Positions 7,738 to 16,570 of a stretch of DNA of 64,000 nt are shown one piece after another. Source of the DNA: Candidatus Eremiobacteria bacterium (GTDB taxonomy: Bacteria > Vulcanimicrobiota > Vulcanimicrobiia > Vulcanimicrobiales > Vulcanimicrobiaceae). Location of the stretch: assembly GCA_024281075.1 (NCBI GenBank), contig JAMXLK010000075.1, forward strand, positions 397 through 64,396, in the 5' to 3' direction. Every line of letters starts with the position of its first letter. Position 1 is the first letter of the stretch. A program made the position numbers and the translations under genes. The notes under the pieces are model-generated. The model had not been told where the DNA came from and searched no databases. It saw only the letters and a list, made by a program, of their open reading frames with translations.

Positions 7738-9215
7738 CGGACCGCTCCCGGCGCGGCGACGTGCACCTTCAGCTGCTCGGCCAGCGCCACGCCGAGCGCT
7801 TGCGCCGACTCCAGCGTGGTGACGGCGCCGCTCGCATGCGCCCGAATCGGCGATGCCGCATCGCCGGCATAAAACCCGTTGACGTTCATCGTTTCACCGG
7901 CAAGCTCCGCATGGATTCCCAGCGGCGCGCTGCACCCGGCGCGCAACGCACGCAAGGCGGCGCGCTCGCAGCTAACGCAGAGCTCGGCGATGCGGTCGTT
8001 GACCGTTTCCCGCAGCAGGGCCTCGAAACGATCGTCGCCGGCGCGCGTTTCGACCGCGAGCGCGCCCTGTCCGACGGCCGGGACGACCCGGTCGATCGCA
8101 AACGGCACGGTATGCCGCGCGCGTGCTCCGAGTCGGTTCAATCCCGCCATCGCGATAACGATCGCGTCGTACTCCCCGTCGCGCAGTTTGCGCAGGCGGG
8201 TGTCGACGTTTCCGCGCAGCGATGCGTAACGCAAATCCGGTCGCAGCGAGGCAAGCTGCGCTTGCCGGCGCGGGCTCGACGTGCCGACGACCGCCCCCGC
8301 CGGCAGCGTTTCAAAGCTTTCGTAGCGTTCGCTGCAGAACGCGTCGCGCGGATCCTCTCGCTTTGAGACCGCAACGATGCGCATGTCTGCGGGAAGCGAC
8401 CCGGCGAGATCCTTACACGAATGCACCGCATAGTCGGCGCGCCCATCGCGCAGCGTTTGCTCGAGCTCTTTGACGAAAACGTTGGTATCGCCGAGACGCG
8501 CGATCGGCGTTTGCCGATCGCGATCGCCGGTCGTCGTGACGCCAAGCAACGTCGTGATGACGGCGCGCTCCGCGAGCCGCGCCGCGACCGATCGGCTCTG
8601 CACCATCGCGAGTTCGCTGCGCCGCGTGGCGCACGTCGCCGCAACGGGCTCGGCGGCGAGCTCGGCAATGGGACGCTGCGCGAGCGCGCGAAGGATCGGC
8701 GCGCGCTCTTGCGGTGAAAAGGTCTCCATCGCGTATGCGCGCATCCGCGCGAGCGTTCGCAGTGCGACCGCATAAGAGTCGTCGAGCTGCTCGGCGAGCT
8801 TCTCGGCGACGCGGCGGGAAAACGCAGGCGCCGCGCCGCCGGAGTCGACGCTGATCGTCAGCTCGCCGATGCGGCGCGTTGCCGGCATCGTGAAATCGCC
8901 GCGCTCGGGCTGCGTCGCGTCGCAGACGAGTGCACCGGCCTCGCGCCCGTCGGCAACGATTCGCGCGTTGAGGTCTGGGTCGTCGGTTGCCGCGACGACG
9001 ATGGCCGCACCGCCGACGTCGCGCGCTTCGTAGGAGCGCTCCTCGCACGAACCATCTTCCGCGACGATGCAACGCAAGCGTTCGCCGATTCGTTCCGCCA
9101 CGACAAAAAGCGGATAACCGGCGCTCACAAGCGACTCCGCTTTGCGCGCGGCGACGTTACCTCCGCCGACGATCACGGCTCGGCGACCGTTCGGTCGAAG
9201 AGAAATCGGAAGCAT
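7734..9215 (-). CDS. hemC: Precorrin-2 dehydrogenase/sirohydrochlorin ferrochelatase (SirC/CysG-N) fused to hydroxymethylbilane synthase
   Basis: N-terminal ~190 aa are CysG-N/Met8-like (AVIVGGGNVAARKAESL, AATDDPDLNARI, ISVDSGGAAPAFSR). The C-terminal ~300 aa are HemC (TTGDR, HSCKDL, GTSSPRRQAQL, RGNVDTRLRKL, VGQGALAVE). Start taken at ATG 9215 (MLPISLRPNG). Confidence 0.85.
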   Translation of the reverse strand: MLPISLRPNGRRAVIVGGGNVAARKAESLVSAGYPLFVVAERIGERLRCIVAEDGSCEERSYEARDVGGAAIVVAATDDPDLNARIVADGREAGALVCDATQPERGDFTMPATRRIGELTISVDSGGAAPAFSRRVAEKLAEQLDDSYAVALRTLARMRAYAMETFSPQERAPILRALAQRPIAELAAEPVAATCATRRSELAMVQSRSVAARLAERAVITTLLGVTTTGDRDRQTPIARLGDTNVFVKELEQTLRDGRADYAVHSCKDLAGSLPADMRIVAVSKREDPRDAFCSERYESFETLPAGAVVGTSSPRRQAQLASLRPDLRYASLRGNVDTRLRKLRDGEYDAIVIAMAGLNRLGARARHTVPFAIDRVVPAVGQGALAVETRAGDDRFEALLRETVNDRIAELCVSCERAALRALRAGCSAPLGIHAELAGETMNVNGFYAGDAASPIRAHASGAVTTLESAQALGVALAEQLKVHVAAPGAVR

Positions 9216-9225
9216 ACGAACGACA

Positions 9226-10935
9226 ATGACTTCCTCGCTTGGCGGCAAAAAACCGCCTCGTGACGGGCCGCTATTGGTGACCAATTCGGGGGGTAGAGCT
9301 GCGCGAGCGGCCTTGATCGGTGTGGTCGTCGCTGCACTCATCACGTTACCGGGACTCGGAGTCGGAACGCTCTGGGACAATAGCGAGACGGCGTACGGTG
9401 AGGTCGCGCGCGAGATTCTGCTGACGCGCGACTGGGTCGTCATGCATCTCAACGGCGTGCCGTACTTCATTCAGCCGCCGCTCTATTTCTGGCTCGCCGC
9501 GGGTTTTGCGCTGCTTGCCGGACCGACGGCGTTCGCGCTTCGTCTGCCGGCGGCGCTCGCAACGATCGCGCTCGGAGGCTTCACCGGTTACGCGGTCGCG
9601 CGTCAGGCCGGTACCCGCGTCGGCGTCTACGCGGCGGCGATTCTTTCGACGTCGTTGATGCAGGCCGTGATCGGGCGGCTTGCGATCATGGACGCGCTGC
9701 TCGATTTAGCCGTGGCGATGACGATCTTCTGGTGGTTCCGCGGACTGCAAAGCGGCGGCGGCCGCTACATATTATATGGCTGGATCGCAGCCGGCGCGGG
9801 CTTCTTGGCCAAAGGCTTGGTGGCGCCGGTCATCGCGCTGTTGGTCATCGTGCCGTTTTATTTTTGGAACCGGCGTGCCGAAACGATGCCGGCGCTCTCG
9901 GCGCGATGGTGGTTCGCCGGAATCGTCGCGTTCTTGGCAATCGTGCTGCCGTGGCCGCTCGCGCTGGTCGCGCACTTTCATCTGTTTCCGATACAAAAGT
10001 TGATCGGCGAGTACACGATCGGACGCTACACCGGAATCATCGAGAACCAGTCGGGTCCGGTTTGGTATTACGTGCCGGTCATCATCTTAGGCTTCTTTCC
10101 GTGGATCGCGTTCTTGCCGATGGCGATTGTTTATGGAGTTCGGCAGCTGCAGCTTTCGCACGATCCGCAGCTCGCGCGTCTCGTGCGCTTGGCTTTCACC
10201 TGGATCGCGGTTCCATTTCTCTTTTTCAGTTTTGCCGAAACGAAGCTGCCGAACTACGTTGCGCTCGAGCTCCCGGCGCTCGCACTCATCACGGCGCTCT
10301 ATTTCGATGCAGTCGTCCGCAAAGGTGGAAGCCGCTCAGCGATCGTCTCCGCAGCGACGGTGCCGGTGACGATCGGCGCGCTGGCCTTCGCGATCTGGCT
10401 TTTTACGCGCAACAATCAATTGACGACCGAAGTCGCGCGCGCCGTTCCGCCGCTGATCGGCATGGCCGCGGCGATTTTTGCGGGGTCGCTCTTGACGGCG
10501 ATGCTGCTTGCTCGTCCGAAAACGGCTCGCTTTGCACCGTACGCGCTCGCGGCTGCGGCACTCATCGCGGTGGATTTGATCGCGGTTCGCGTGCTTCCGC
10601 ACGCCGACGCGTTCAAGCCGATACCACGTCTGGCGGCAATTATCGAGCGCGACCGCCGGCCCGGCGACGTCGTCGCGATTCAGCACGTGTCCGGCGGGAA
10701 TGCGCTGCTGTTTTACACGCGCCCGGTCGTGCGCGCGCTCGCGGCGACGAACGATAACGATCCGCAAGCCGACGGCGTCGACCCGCACGCCTTCATCTGC
10801 CGCGCGCCGCGGGCGTGGGTTATCGTTCCGGCCGAGCCGTCGGCGTACGATCCGCCGTACGGACGCAATCGCCGCGTCGTTGCCGTCGATCGCAAAGCGG
10901 CGTTGCTGCTATACTCGGGCCCGCATTGTAAGTAA
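9226..10935 (+). CDS. Glycosyltransferase family 39 (ArnT/PMT-like) membrane protein
   Basis: Polytopic protein with the ArnT/PMT_2-type N-terminus (LWDNSETAYGEVAREIL, PPLYFWL, FLAKGL). Start taken at ATG 9226 (MTSSLGG). Confidence 0.8.
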   Translation: MTSSLGGKKPPRDGPLLVTNSGGRAARAALIGVVVAALITLPGLGVGTLWDNSETAYGEVAREILLTRDWVVMHLNGVPYFIQPPLYFWLAAGFALLAGPTAFALRLPAALATIALGGFTGYAVARQAGTRVGVYAAAILSTSLMQAVIGRLAIMDALLDLAVAMTIFWWFRGLQSGGGRYILYGWIAAGAGFLAKGLVAPVIALLVIVPFYFWNRRAETMPALSARWWFAGIVAFLAIVLPWPLALVAHFHLFPIQKLIGEYTIGRYTGIIENQSGPVWYYVPVIILGFFPWIAFLPMAIVYGVRQLQLSHDPQLARLVRLAFTWIAVPFLFFSFAETKLPNYVALELPALALITALYFDAVVRKGGSRSAIVSAATVPVTIGALAFAIWLFTRNNQLTTEVARAVPPLIGMAAAIFAGSLLTAMLLARPKTARFAPYALAAAALIAVDLIAVRVLPHADAFKPIPRLAAIIERDRRPGDVVAIQHVSGGNALLFYTRPVVRALAATNDNDPQADGVDPHAFICRAPRAWVIVPAEPSAYDPPYGRNRRVVAVDRKAALLLYSGPHCK

Positions 10936-10941
10936 GAAGCG

Positions 10942-12468
10942 TTAGGGCTTAAAGCCGGCTACTTGAGCTTCGGTTACGGCGGATGCTTTATTGTTGCCGA
11001 GCGAGCCCCGAATGTAGGTAATCACGTCGGCAATTTCTTTGTTGGTCAGCGTGCCTTTCCAGGGCGGCATCATGCCGTGGTAACTCTGCCCGTTGACGGT
11101 GATGGGCGCATTAAGCCCGCCCAGCACGATGCCGATCACTTTATTGGGATCGCCCGTCACGACCGGATTGTTTGCCAGCGGCGGGAAGGATCCGGGAACG
11201 CCTTGGCCGGTTGCGCCGTGGCAGCTGGAGCAGTTGTTTGCAAAGACCGAGGCGCCGGCTCCGTTCGTCGTCGACTGCGTCGGATTGCTGACGCCGGCGG
11301 CGTTTGCCGGAATCGCCCCGGGCGAACCCGCCTTGGTTTCGGCCGCGGCGGCAGGTGCTGCGAGGACGACCGATTCGGGCGGCGACGGCGGTCCCGCCGC
11401 CTGTTTCATCATCGTTGTGGCCTGGCCGTAAATCGAGAGAACGACGATGACGCCGACGACGATCGTGGTGCCCCAGAGCAGGCCGGTACGCGAAGCAAGG
11501 CTGCGGGAGCGGCTGCGGTCGAGCCACGGAAGCAGCAGGATGACGATCAGGAAAATCGTGGGCACGATGATCGTCGCGATCAATTCCGTACCGATCGAAA
11601 GCGGCCCGAGATGAATCTCCGGCGGCACGAGTGCGAGCAGACCGAAGAGCGACAAGAAATACCAGGCCGGATACGGCACGAAGAACTTCGTCGGGTCCGC
11701 TTTTTGATCGAGATACGGCGGTGCAACGATCGCAAGGAAACAGATAATGATGAAAATGATCAGCGAGAAGGAGCCGTCCATAAAGAACTGATCCGGCCAG
11801 AAACGTCCGGGCTTGAGCGTGCGCGAGTCGTCGACGACCGGGCCCGCGGCGCCGTTGTGGCGGAAAATGGCCAAGTGCGCGCCCACCAGCGCAACCAAGA
11901 CCGCCGGCATCAGCCAAACGTGCAATCCGAAGAAACGATTGATCGTCGCCGTACCCATGCTGCCGCCGCCCTGCGCGATGTGCTGCAGGATCGGGCCCGC
12001 GATCGGAGCGAGGCCGGTGATGTTGAGCGAGACTTGCGACGCGAAGTACGCATCCATGTCCCACGGCAAGAGATAGCCGGTGAGCCCGAGGACAAGCGTG
12101 ACGAGCAGCAGCAGAACGCCGACCACCCACTGCAGTTCGCGCGGCGACTTGTATGCGCCGAAGATCAGCACTTGCAGGAGGTGCAGAAAAACCAGCGCGA
12201 TCATCGCCGACGCGCCCCAATAGTGGACCGAGATCAGAAAGTGCGTCCACGGATTGAGGTAGATAGCGCGCGTCGATTCCCATGCGGTCATCGCAGACGG
12301 AGCATAGAAGAACGTCAGAAAAATTCCGGTGACGATCTGTATCATCATCGTGAAGAGCGTGGCGCTTCCGAAGACGTACCAATAACTCGCTCCTCCCGGA
12401 ACGTCTTCCGTTAGGAAATCCTTCGCCATCGAGATGAAGCCGGTGCGCTTTTCGATCCAGTTCAGCAT
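10942..12468 (-). CDS. Cytochrome b (b6 plus subunit IV-like) fused to a C-terminal monohaem cytochrome c domain
   Basis: Cytochrome b N-terminus (SYWYVFGSATLF..TGIFLTFFYAPS, HYWGASAM). The C-terminal domain has CSSCH plus a distal Met (YHGMMPPW). An AAGG SD lies 8-10 nt upstream. Confidence 0.88.
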   Translation of the reverse strand: MLNWIEKRTGFISMAKDFLTEDVPGGASYWYVFGSATLFTMMIQIVTGIFLTFFYAPSAMTAWESTRAIYLNPWTHFLISVHYWGASAMIALVFLHLLQVLIFGAYKSPRELQWVVGVLLLLVTLVLGLTGYLLPWDMDAYFASQVSLNITGLAPIAGPILQHIAQGGGSMGTATINRFFGLHVWLMPAVLVALVGAHLAIFRHNGAAGPVVDDSRTLKPGRFWPDQFFMDGSFSLIIFIIICFLAIVAPPYLDQKADPTKFFVPYPAWYFLSLFGLLALVPPEIHLGPLSIGTELIATIIVPTIFLIVILLLPWLDRSRSRSLASRTGLLWGTTIVVGVIVVLSIYGQATTMMKQAAGPPSPPESVVLAAPAAAAETKAGSPGAIPANAAGVSNPTQSTTNGAGASVFANNCSSCHGATGQGVPGSFPPLANNPVVTGDPNKVIGIVLGGLNAPITVNGQSYHGMMPPWKGTLTNKEIADVITYIRGSLGNNKASAVTEAQVAGFKP

Positions 12469-12478
12469 CGCTATTACC

Positions 12479-13117
12479 TTACGCCTGATACGAGACGATG
12501 ATGCGCGAGGGAGTATTCGACTGGTAGATGATCCACATTACCTCGGCGGTGCCGTTCTGCTCGCGCAGCGGCAGCGGGTCCAAACCCCGCGGCGCCGGGC
12601 CGGCCACATGCGTGCCGTCGAACGTGTATTGCGAGCCGTGGCACGGGCACATGAACTTATTTTGTGCATCGCTCCAGCCAAAATAGCAGCCGAGATGCGG
12701 GCAGATCGGGCTGAAGAGAACGAAACCCATGTTGACGACGTCGTAGGGAACGTCCGGCTTCCCGCCGGGTGCGCTGAAAATGTCCGGTCGGGCCGCCATG
12801 AACTTTTCGTTATTGTCCACCCGGATGCCCCAGCAGTATTCCGGCAGCGACTGCTCCGGCAGGTACGCATCGGTATACTTGAGCGTGAACGTGAGCTTGA
12901 CCGGCTTTGACGTTGCCTTTTTGAGCGCGTCGAGCTCTTCCGGCGTGAGCGGCGACCAGCTGCCGGCGGCCTCGCTCTTAGGCGGCAGCAGCGAGCCGAC
13001 GATCGGCACTGCCAGCGCCAGGCCGACGATTCCGCCGATCGTTAGGGTCGCGTTGGCCATGAAGGTTCGGCGCGTTACCTCTTCCTCGGTTTGAGGCTGA
13101 TCGTACGCGCTCATCAT
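12479..13117 (-). CDS. Rieske [2Fe-2S] subunit of the bc-type complex, Tat-exported
   Basis: CPHLGC..16 aa..CPCHGSQY Rieske boxes and a twin-arginine motif (TRRTFMANA). ATG 13117 is preferred; a TTG at 13162 is also possible. Confidence 0.88.
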   Translation of the reverse strand: MMSAYDQPQTEEEVTRRTFMANATLTIGGIVGLALAVPIVGSLLPPKSEAAGSWSPLTPEELDALKKATSKPVKLTFTLKYTDAYLPEQSLPEYCWGIRVDNNEKFMAARPDIFSAPGGKPDVPYDVVNMGFVLFSPICPHLGCYFGWSDAQNKFMCPCHGSQYTFDGTHVAGPAPRGLDPLPLREQNGTAEVMWIIYQSNTPSRIIVSYQA

Positions 13118-13248
13118 TCTACGCGCAGCGCCTTCAGGCGTATCGGCAGGCGAATGGGACAAGTTCGTTCTCCACGAGAAGTGCGGGTGGCTGGCTCATT
13201 TGCTTCTATCGTAAATCTGCCCTCTCCGCGCGGCTAGGACGAAACTCT

Positions 13249-13270
13249 GACGCCCGGCGCGCCGGGCGTC
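13249..13270 (-). terminator. Candidate intrinsic terminator after ccsA
   Basis: Perfect 22-nt GC-rich palindrome GACGCCCGGCGCGCCGGGCGTC, 8 nt after the ccsA stop. On the minus strand it is followed by AGAGUUUCG, which is a weak U tract. Confidence 0.45.
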
Positions 13271-13278
13271 GCAGGGCT

Positions 13279-14133
13279 TTAAACCTTGTAGCTGTGCAGG
13301 CCCGAGATCCAAATGTTGACGCCGAGATAGCAGAAAATGATCGAGAGAAATCCGACCACACTGACCCAGTTCGTGCGCAGGCCGCGCCACGAGTGGCGGG
13401 TATGGAGGTGCATGTACGCGAGATAAATGATCCAGGAGAAGAGCGCCGCCGTCTCTTTGGGATCCCACTGCCAATATGCGCCCCACGCTTCCTTGGCCCA
13501 CATCGCGCCGGTAATGATCCCGACGGAGATTAGCGGTAAGCCGATCGCGACGGCGCGGTAGACCACTACGTCGAGCTGGGGCAGACTCGGCAAGCTCGAC
13601 AACCAGCGTGCGAGCGGATTGCCGCGTCCCGAGCCCTCTTGGCTCTGCAGCCGCCGCTCGGCATAGTATTTGATCAGATAGATGCACGAGAAGACGAACG
13701 CGACCAAGAACGCGGCGTACGACGAAACGACGATCGGCACGTGGATCTTCGCCCAATACGATTGGAGCGACGGAACCGGCGGCATCGTGCCTTCGTACCA
13801 GGTCACGCCGTACGCGAGAAAAATCGCTGCGAGCGCGAGAACGAAACCGCCTGCGAACCACAGCTTATAGCGGAACGCGAAGCCGATGTAGATCGCAACG
13901 GACATGGCGGTGAAGAGCGAGAGCGAACCATACAAATTGAGCAACGGCCAGACGTGCGTCAGCTCCCAGCGCGCAAAAAGCTGCCCGAACTGAGCGACGC
14001 AGCCGAGGATTGCCAGAGGGATTCCGACGTCGCGCAGCCACGGCGTTCGCGCAAAGAAATATCCGAGCAGGGCGAGCGCGCCGAGGGTGTACGCGCAGAG
14101 CGCGACGGCGATCAGGAGTTCATCGAGCGGCAT
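13279..14133 (-). CDS. ccsA: Cytochrome c biogenesis protein CcsA/ResC (System II)
   Basis: W-rich haem-handling motif WGAYWQWDPKE plus conserved His residues. The start directly abuts the resB stop. Confidence 0.9.
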   Translation of the reverse strand: MPLDELLIAVALCAYTLGALALLGYFFARTPWLRDVGIPLAILGCVAQFGQLFARWELTHVWPLLNLYGSLSLFTAMSVAIYIGFAFRYKLWFAGGFVLALAAIFLAYGVTWYEGTMPPVPSLQSYWAKIHVPIVVSSYAAFLVAFVFSCIYLIKYYAERRLQSQEGSGRGNPLARWLSSLPSLPQLDVVVYRAVAIGLPLISVGIITGAMWAKEAWGAYWQWDPKETAALFSWIIYLAYMHLHTRHSWRGLRTNWVSVVGFLSIIFCYLGVNIWISGLHSYKV

Positions 14134-15486
14134 TCAAGCGTCCTGGGCTTCACCTCGCAGCGAGGTCATCAAGCGTGCGAATGCGTTTGCGAACACGTCG
14201 TATCCTTTAACCGTAGTGGCGGCGGCGCCGACGCGCGAGACGTTCGGCGCGACTTCGTCGACCCGAACGTACACACGTGCAGGCAGAAAGTAAAACGAGA
14301 TCACGAGCCCCGCAAGCAGCACGAACGCGCCGATCCCAACGAGCACGACTCCGGGATCGTAGCGGTACTGAAAGCCGCTGTAGATCACGTAGCGTTGCGG
14401 TTTCATCCGCCAGCCGTTGCCGAGGTCGACCCACGAACGGAGCGGCACGAGCCCTTCGCCCAGTGGATTGCCTGCATCGGAGGCCGCGAGCACGACGGCC
14501 GGGGCGTTCACGCGCGGATCCGCGGTCGGCATGCCGCTTTGCTTGTCCACCGTCGGAACGAAGCGTTCGTAGAGCATGCTTCTCTGGGTGCCGGGGACGT
14601 CGAACGACTCGCCTTCGAGCAGCGTACGGCCGGAGAGCGCGGCGTCGGGTCGTCCGTTGTGCGTCACCAAAAAGCGCATTCCGAAGCCGTAACTCGCTTG
14701 ATAGTACAGCGTGCCGTCCACGTCGATGGGATGATTCACGCGCACGGTGAGCCGTTTGGGAATGCCGTCCTTACCGGTGACGGTCACGTGCGAAACGTAG
14801 TCGATCGGCTGATAGACCATGCCGCTCTTCGTCATGATCGGCGAGATTTTATAGGAAAAATCGTCGAGCCGAACGAGCGCTTGCGTTTGCGGCACCTGCT
14901 GCGTTTGTCCGCTCAGGACCGCCATCTCGCCCGAGAAGCCGCGAGCCCAATACAACGTCGTGCCCGCAGCAATGATGACGAAGCCCGAGTGCGCGACCAG
15001 TACGCCGCGGCGCGCCCAGTTGTGCTTGTCCGCAAAGCTCCACTCGACGCCGCCGAAGATTCGCTCGCGAATTCGCCATCCTTGCGCGCGCAGAGTCTCC
15101 GCGACGCGGGCCCGCACTTGCTCGGGTGCGCCCGGCGTGTTGAACGTCGCGTGGAGCGGAATCTTGTCGATGCTCACCGGCCGCAGCGGCGGAAGGCGCG
15201 CCGGTATGACGCGCTTGAACGTGCAGACGGCCAGCGAGAGCAAGATCAGCGCGATGATCCCGACGTACCACGGCGAGTGGTATACGTTGTCGAAGTTCAA
15301 CCGCAGAATCGCGCGTGCGATCGGCGCGGCGTAGCTTTGAAAGTAAACGTTCGGATCTTCACCTTGCGCGACGATGACGCCGATCAGCGTCAGCACGCCC
15401 CAGACTAAAAAGAGCGAGACGGCAAAGAAGACGCTGCCGAACGTTCGAACGAAATCGCCATAGAGCTGGCGCGCGACAGCCGTCAT
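14134..15486 (-). CDS. resB: Cytochrome c biogenesis protein ResB/Ccs1 (System II)
   Basis: ResB-like architecture: N-terminal TM pair, a large periplasmic domain and a C-terminal TM. It sits immediately upstream of ccsA. ATG 15486 is preferred because the ORF-track start at 15561 overlaps tatC. Confidence 0.84.
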   Translation of the reverse strand: MTAVARQLYGDFVRTFGSVFFAVSLFLVWGVLTLIGVIVAQGEDPNVYFQSYAAPIARAILRLNFDNVYHSPWYVGIIALILLSLAVCTFKRVIPARLPPLRPVSIDKIPLHATFNTPGAPEQVRARVAETLRAQGWRIRERIFGGVEWSFADKHNWARRGVLVAHSGFVIIAAGTTLYWARGFSGEMAVLSGQTQQVPQTQALVRLDDFSYKISPIMTKSGMVYQPIDYVSHVTVTGKDGIPKRLTVRVNHPIDVDGTLYYQASYGFGMRFLVTHNGRPDAALSGRTLLEGESFDVPGTQRSMLYERFVPTVDKQSGMPTADPRVNAPAVVLAASDAGNPLGEGLVPLRSWVDLGNGWRMKPQRYVIYSGFQYRYDPGVVLVGIGAFVLLAGLVISFYFLPARVYVRVDEVAPNVSRVGAAATTVKGYDVFANAFARLMTSLRGEAQDA

Positions 15487-15497
15487 CGTTCGACTCG

Positions 15498-16223
15498 CTA
15501 GGCTCGCTCGGGGCCGCTGCGCAAGGGCTGCCAGCGCCGTTGAAGTGGGAGGATGATCCAAATCGAAATTTCGTAGAGCGCGTACATCGGCAAGGCGAGC
15601 AGCGCCATCGTGAGCGGATTGCCGTCGGGCGCCGCGATGCCGCCGGCAACGAAGAACGCAAAGAGCGCGTGGCGCCGGTACTGCATCAAGGAGGACGCGC
15701 TGACGATGCCGAGCCGCGCCAGTCCGACGAGAACCACGGGCGTTTGAAAGACGAGCGCAAAAAGCAGAAATAATACCAGAACGAAATTGAGCGTCGACGC
15801 GACGCCGAACGTCGGCGTGGCAACCGCATTGGTAATGTGCAGCAGCGCCGCAACGACGCGCGGAATCACCACGAAGTGTGCGAATGCCAAGCCAATTGCG
15901 GCGAGAACCAGCGACGGTAGAATAAACGCGTAGACCATCCGCCGCGTTTTAGGGTGTACCGCCGGCACGACGAAGAGCCACAGCTGTTGGAGCAGTACGG
16001 GTAACCCGATGACGATTGCGCCAACCACGGAGAACTTGAACTCCGTAAAGATGACGTCGGCGGGACCGAACGCGTGAAGCTCGATGCCGTTGAAGTACTC
16101 GTGCATCATCCAACGGATAACGAATTGTGACGGCCAAAACAATGCGACGGCAATCGCGCCGACGGTTGCGATCGAGATCAGAAGACGGTTACGGAGCTCC
16201 CGCAGGTGCTCCGTAAAGGGCAT
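15498..16223 (-). CDS. tatC: Twin-arginine translocase subunit TatC
   Basis: N-terminus FTEHLRELRNRL, six TM segments, and a GAAGGAG SD directly upstream. Confidence 0.92.
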   Translation of the reverse strand: MPFTEHLRELRNRLLISIATVGAIAVALFWPSQFVIRWMMHEYFNGIELHAFGPADVIFTEFKFSVVGAIVIGLPVLLQQLWLFVVPAVHPKTRRMVYAFILPSLVLAAIGLAFAHFVVIPRVVAALLHITNAVATPTFGVASTLNFVLVLFLLFALVFQTPVVLVGLARLGIVSASSLMQYRRHALFAFFVAGGIAAPDGNPLTMALLALPMYALYEISIWIILPLQRRWQPLRSGPERA

Positions 16224-16267
16224 CTCCTTCTGGTCCCATGCCGCTTCTTGCGGCGCGGGACGCGGGT

Positions 16268-16570
16268 CTAGGACGATGGCGTACCTTTGTCCGGGGTTGG
16301 CGGCGGTATCGATTCGCCGCCGATCGTGCCGGCTTGGACGTTATCCATGATGTCGGCGCGTTGCGTTGCGGCGCGCTGGCGCGCCTCTTCGCGTGCTCGC
16401 GCCGCGGCTTCGTCTGCCTCAGCCTGTCCGACGAGAAACTCTTTCTTCGCTTGACCGGCGCTGCGCGCGAGTTTGGGCAGTTTATCCGCTCCGAAGAGCA
16501 GCGCACCGACGATGAGAATTCCGATGATAATCGGCGCATCGATGATTGCGAGAAGCGGATGAATGGTCAT
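16268..16570 (-). CDS. tatA: Twin-arginine translocase TatA/TatB-family protein
   Basis: Single TM followed by an amphipathic helix (LLFGADKLPKLARSAGQAKKEF). ATGA overlap with the upstream gene stop. Confidence 0.85.
   Translation of the reverse strand: MTIHPLLAIIDAPIIIGILIVGALLFGADKLPKLARSAGQAKKEFLVGQAEADEAAARAREEARQRAATQRADIMDNVQAGTIGGESIPPPTPDKGTPSS

Noticed and set aside
9273-9285. 13-bp palindrome ATTGGTGACCAAT about 60 nt upstream of the sirC-hemC start, considered as a Rex operator.
   Set aside because: It does not match the Rex consensus (TTGTGAA...TTCACAA). It lies inside the GT39 coding sequence. About 15 palindromes of 6+6 bp are expected by chance in 64 kb.
13639-15408. Very long antisense ORFs. 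Examples: 13639-15408 (+, 589 aa), 10963-12414 (+), 40205-41737 (+), 43381-44970 (-), 25973-27388 (+), 45708-46916 (-), 59806-60924 (-).
   Set aside because: They lie opposite genes with unambiguous homology (resB/ccsA, cytochrome b, leuS, fadD, nadB, S10, gyrA). Their products are Arg/Ala/Gly/Pro-rich low-complexity strings with no recognisable motifs. This is the usual shadow-ORF artefact of GC-rich DNA.
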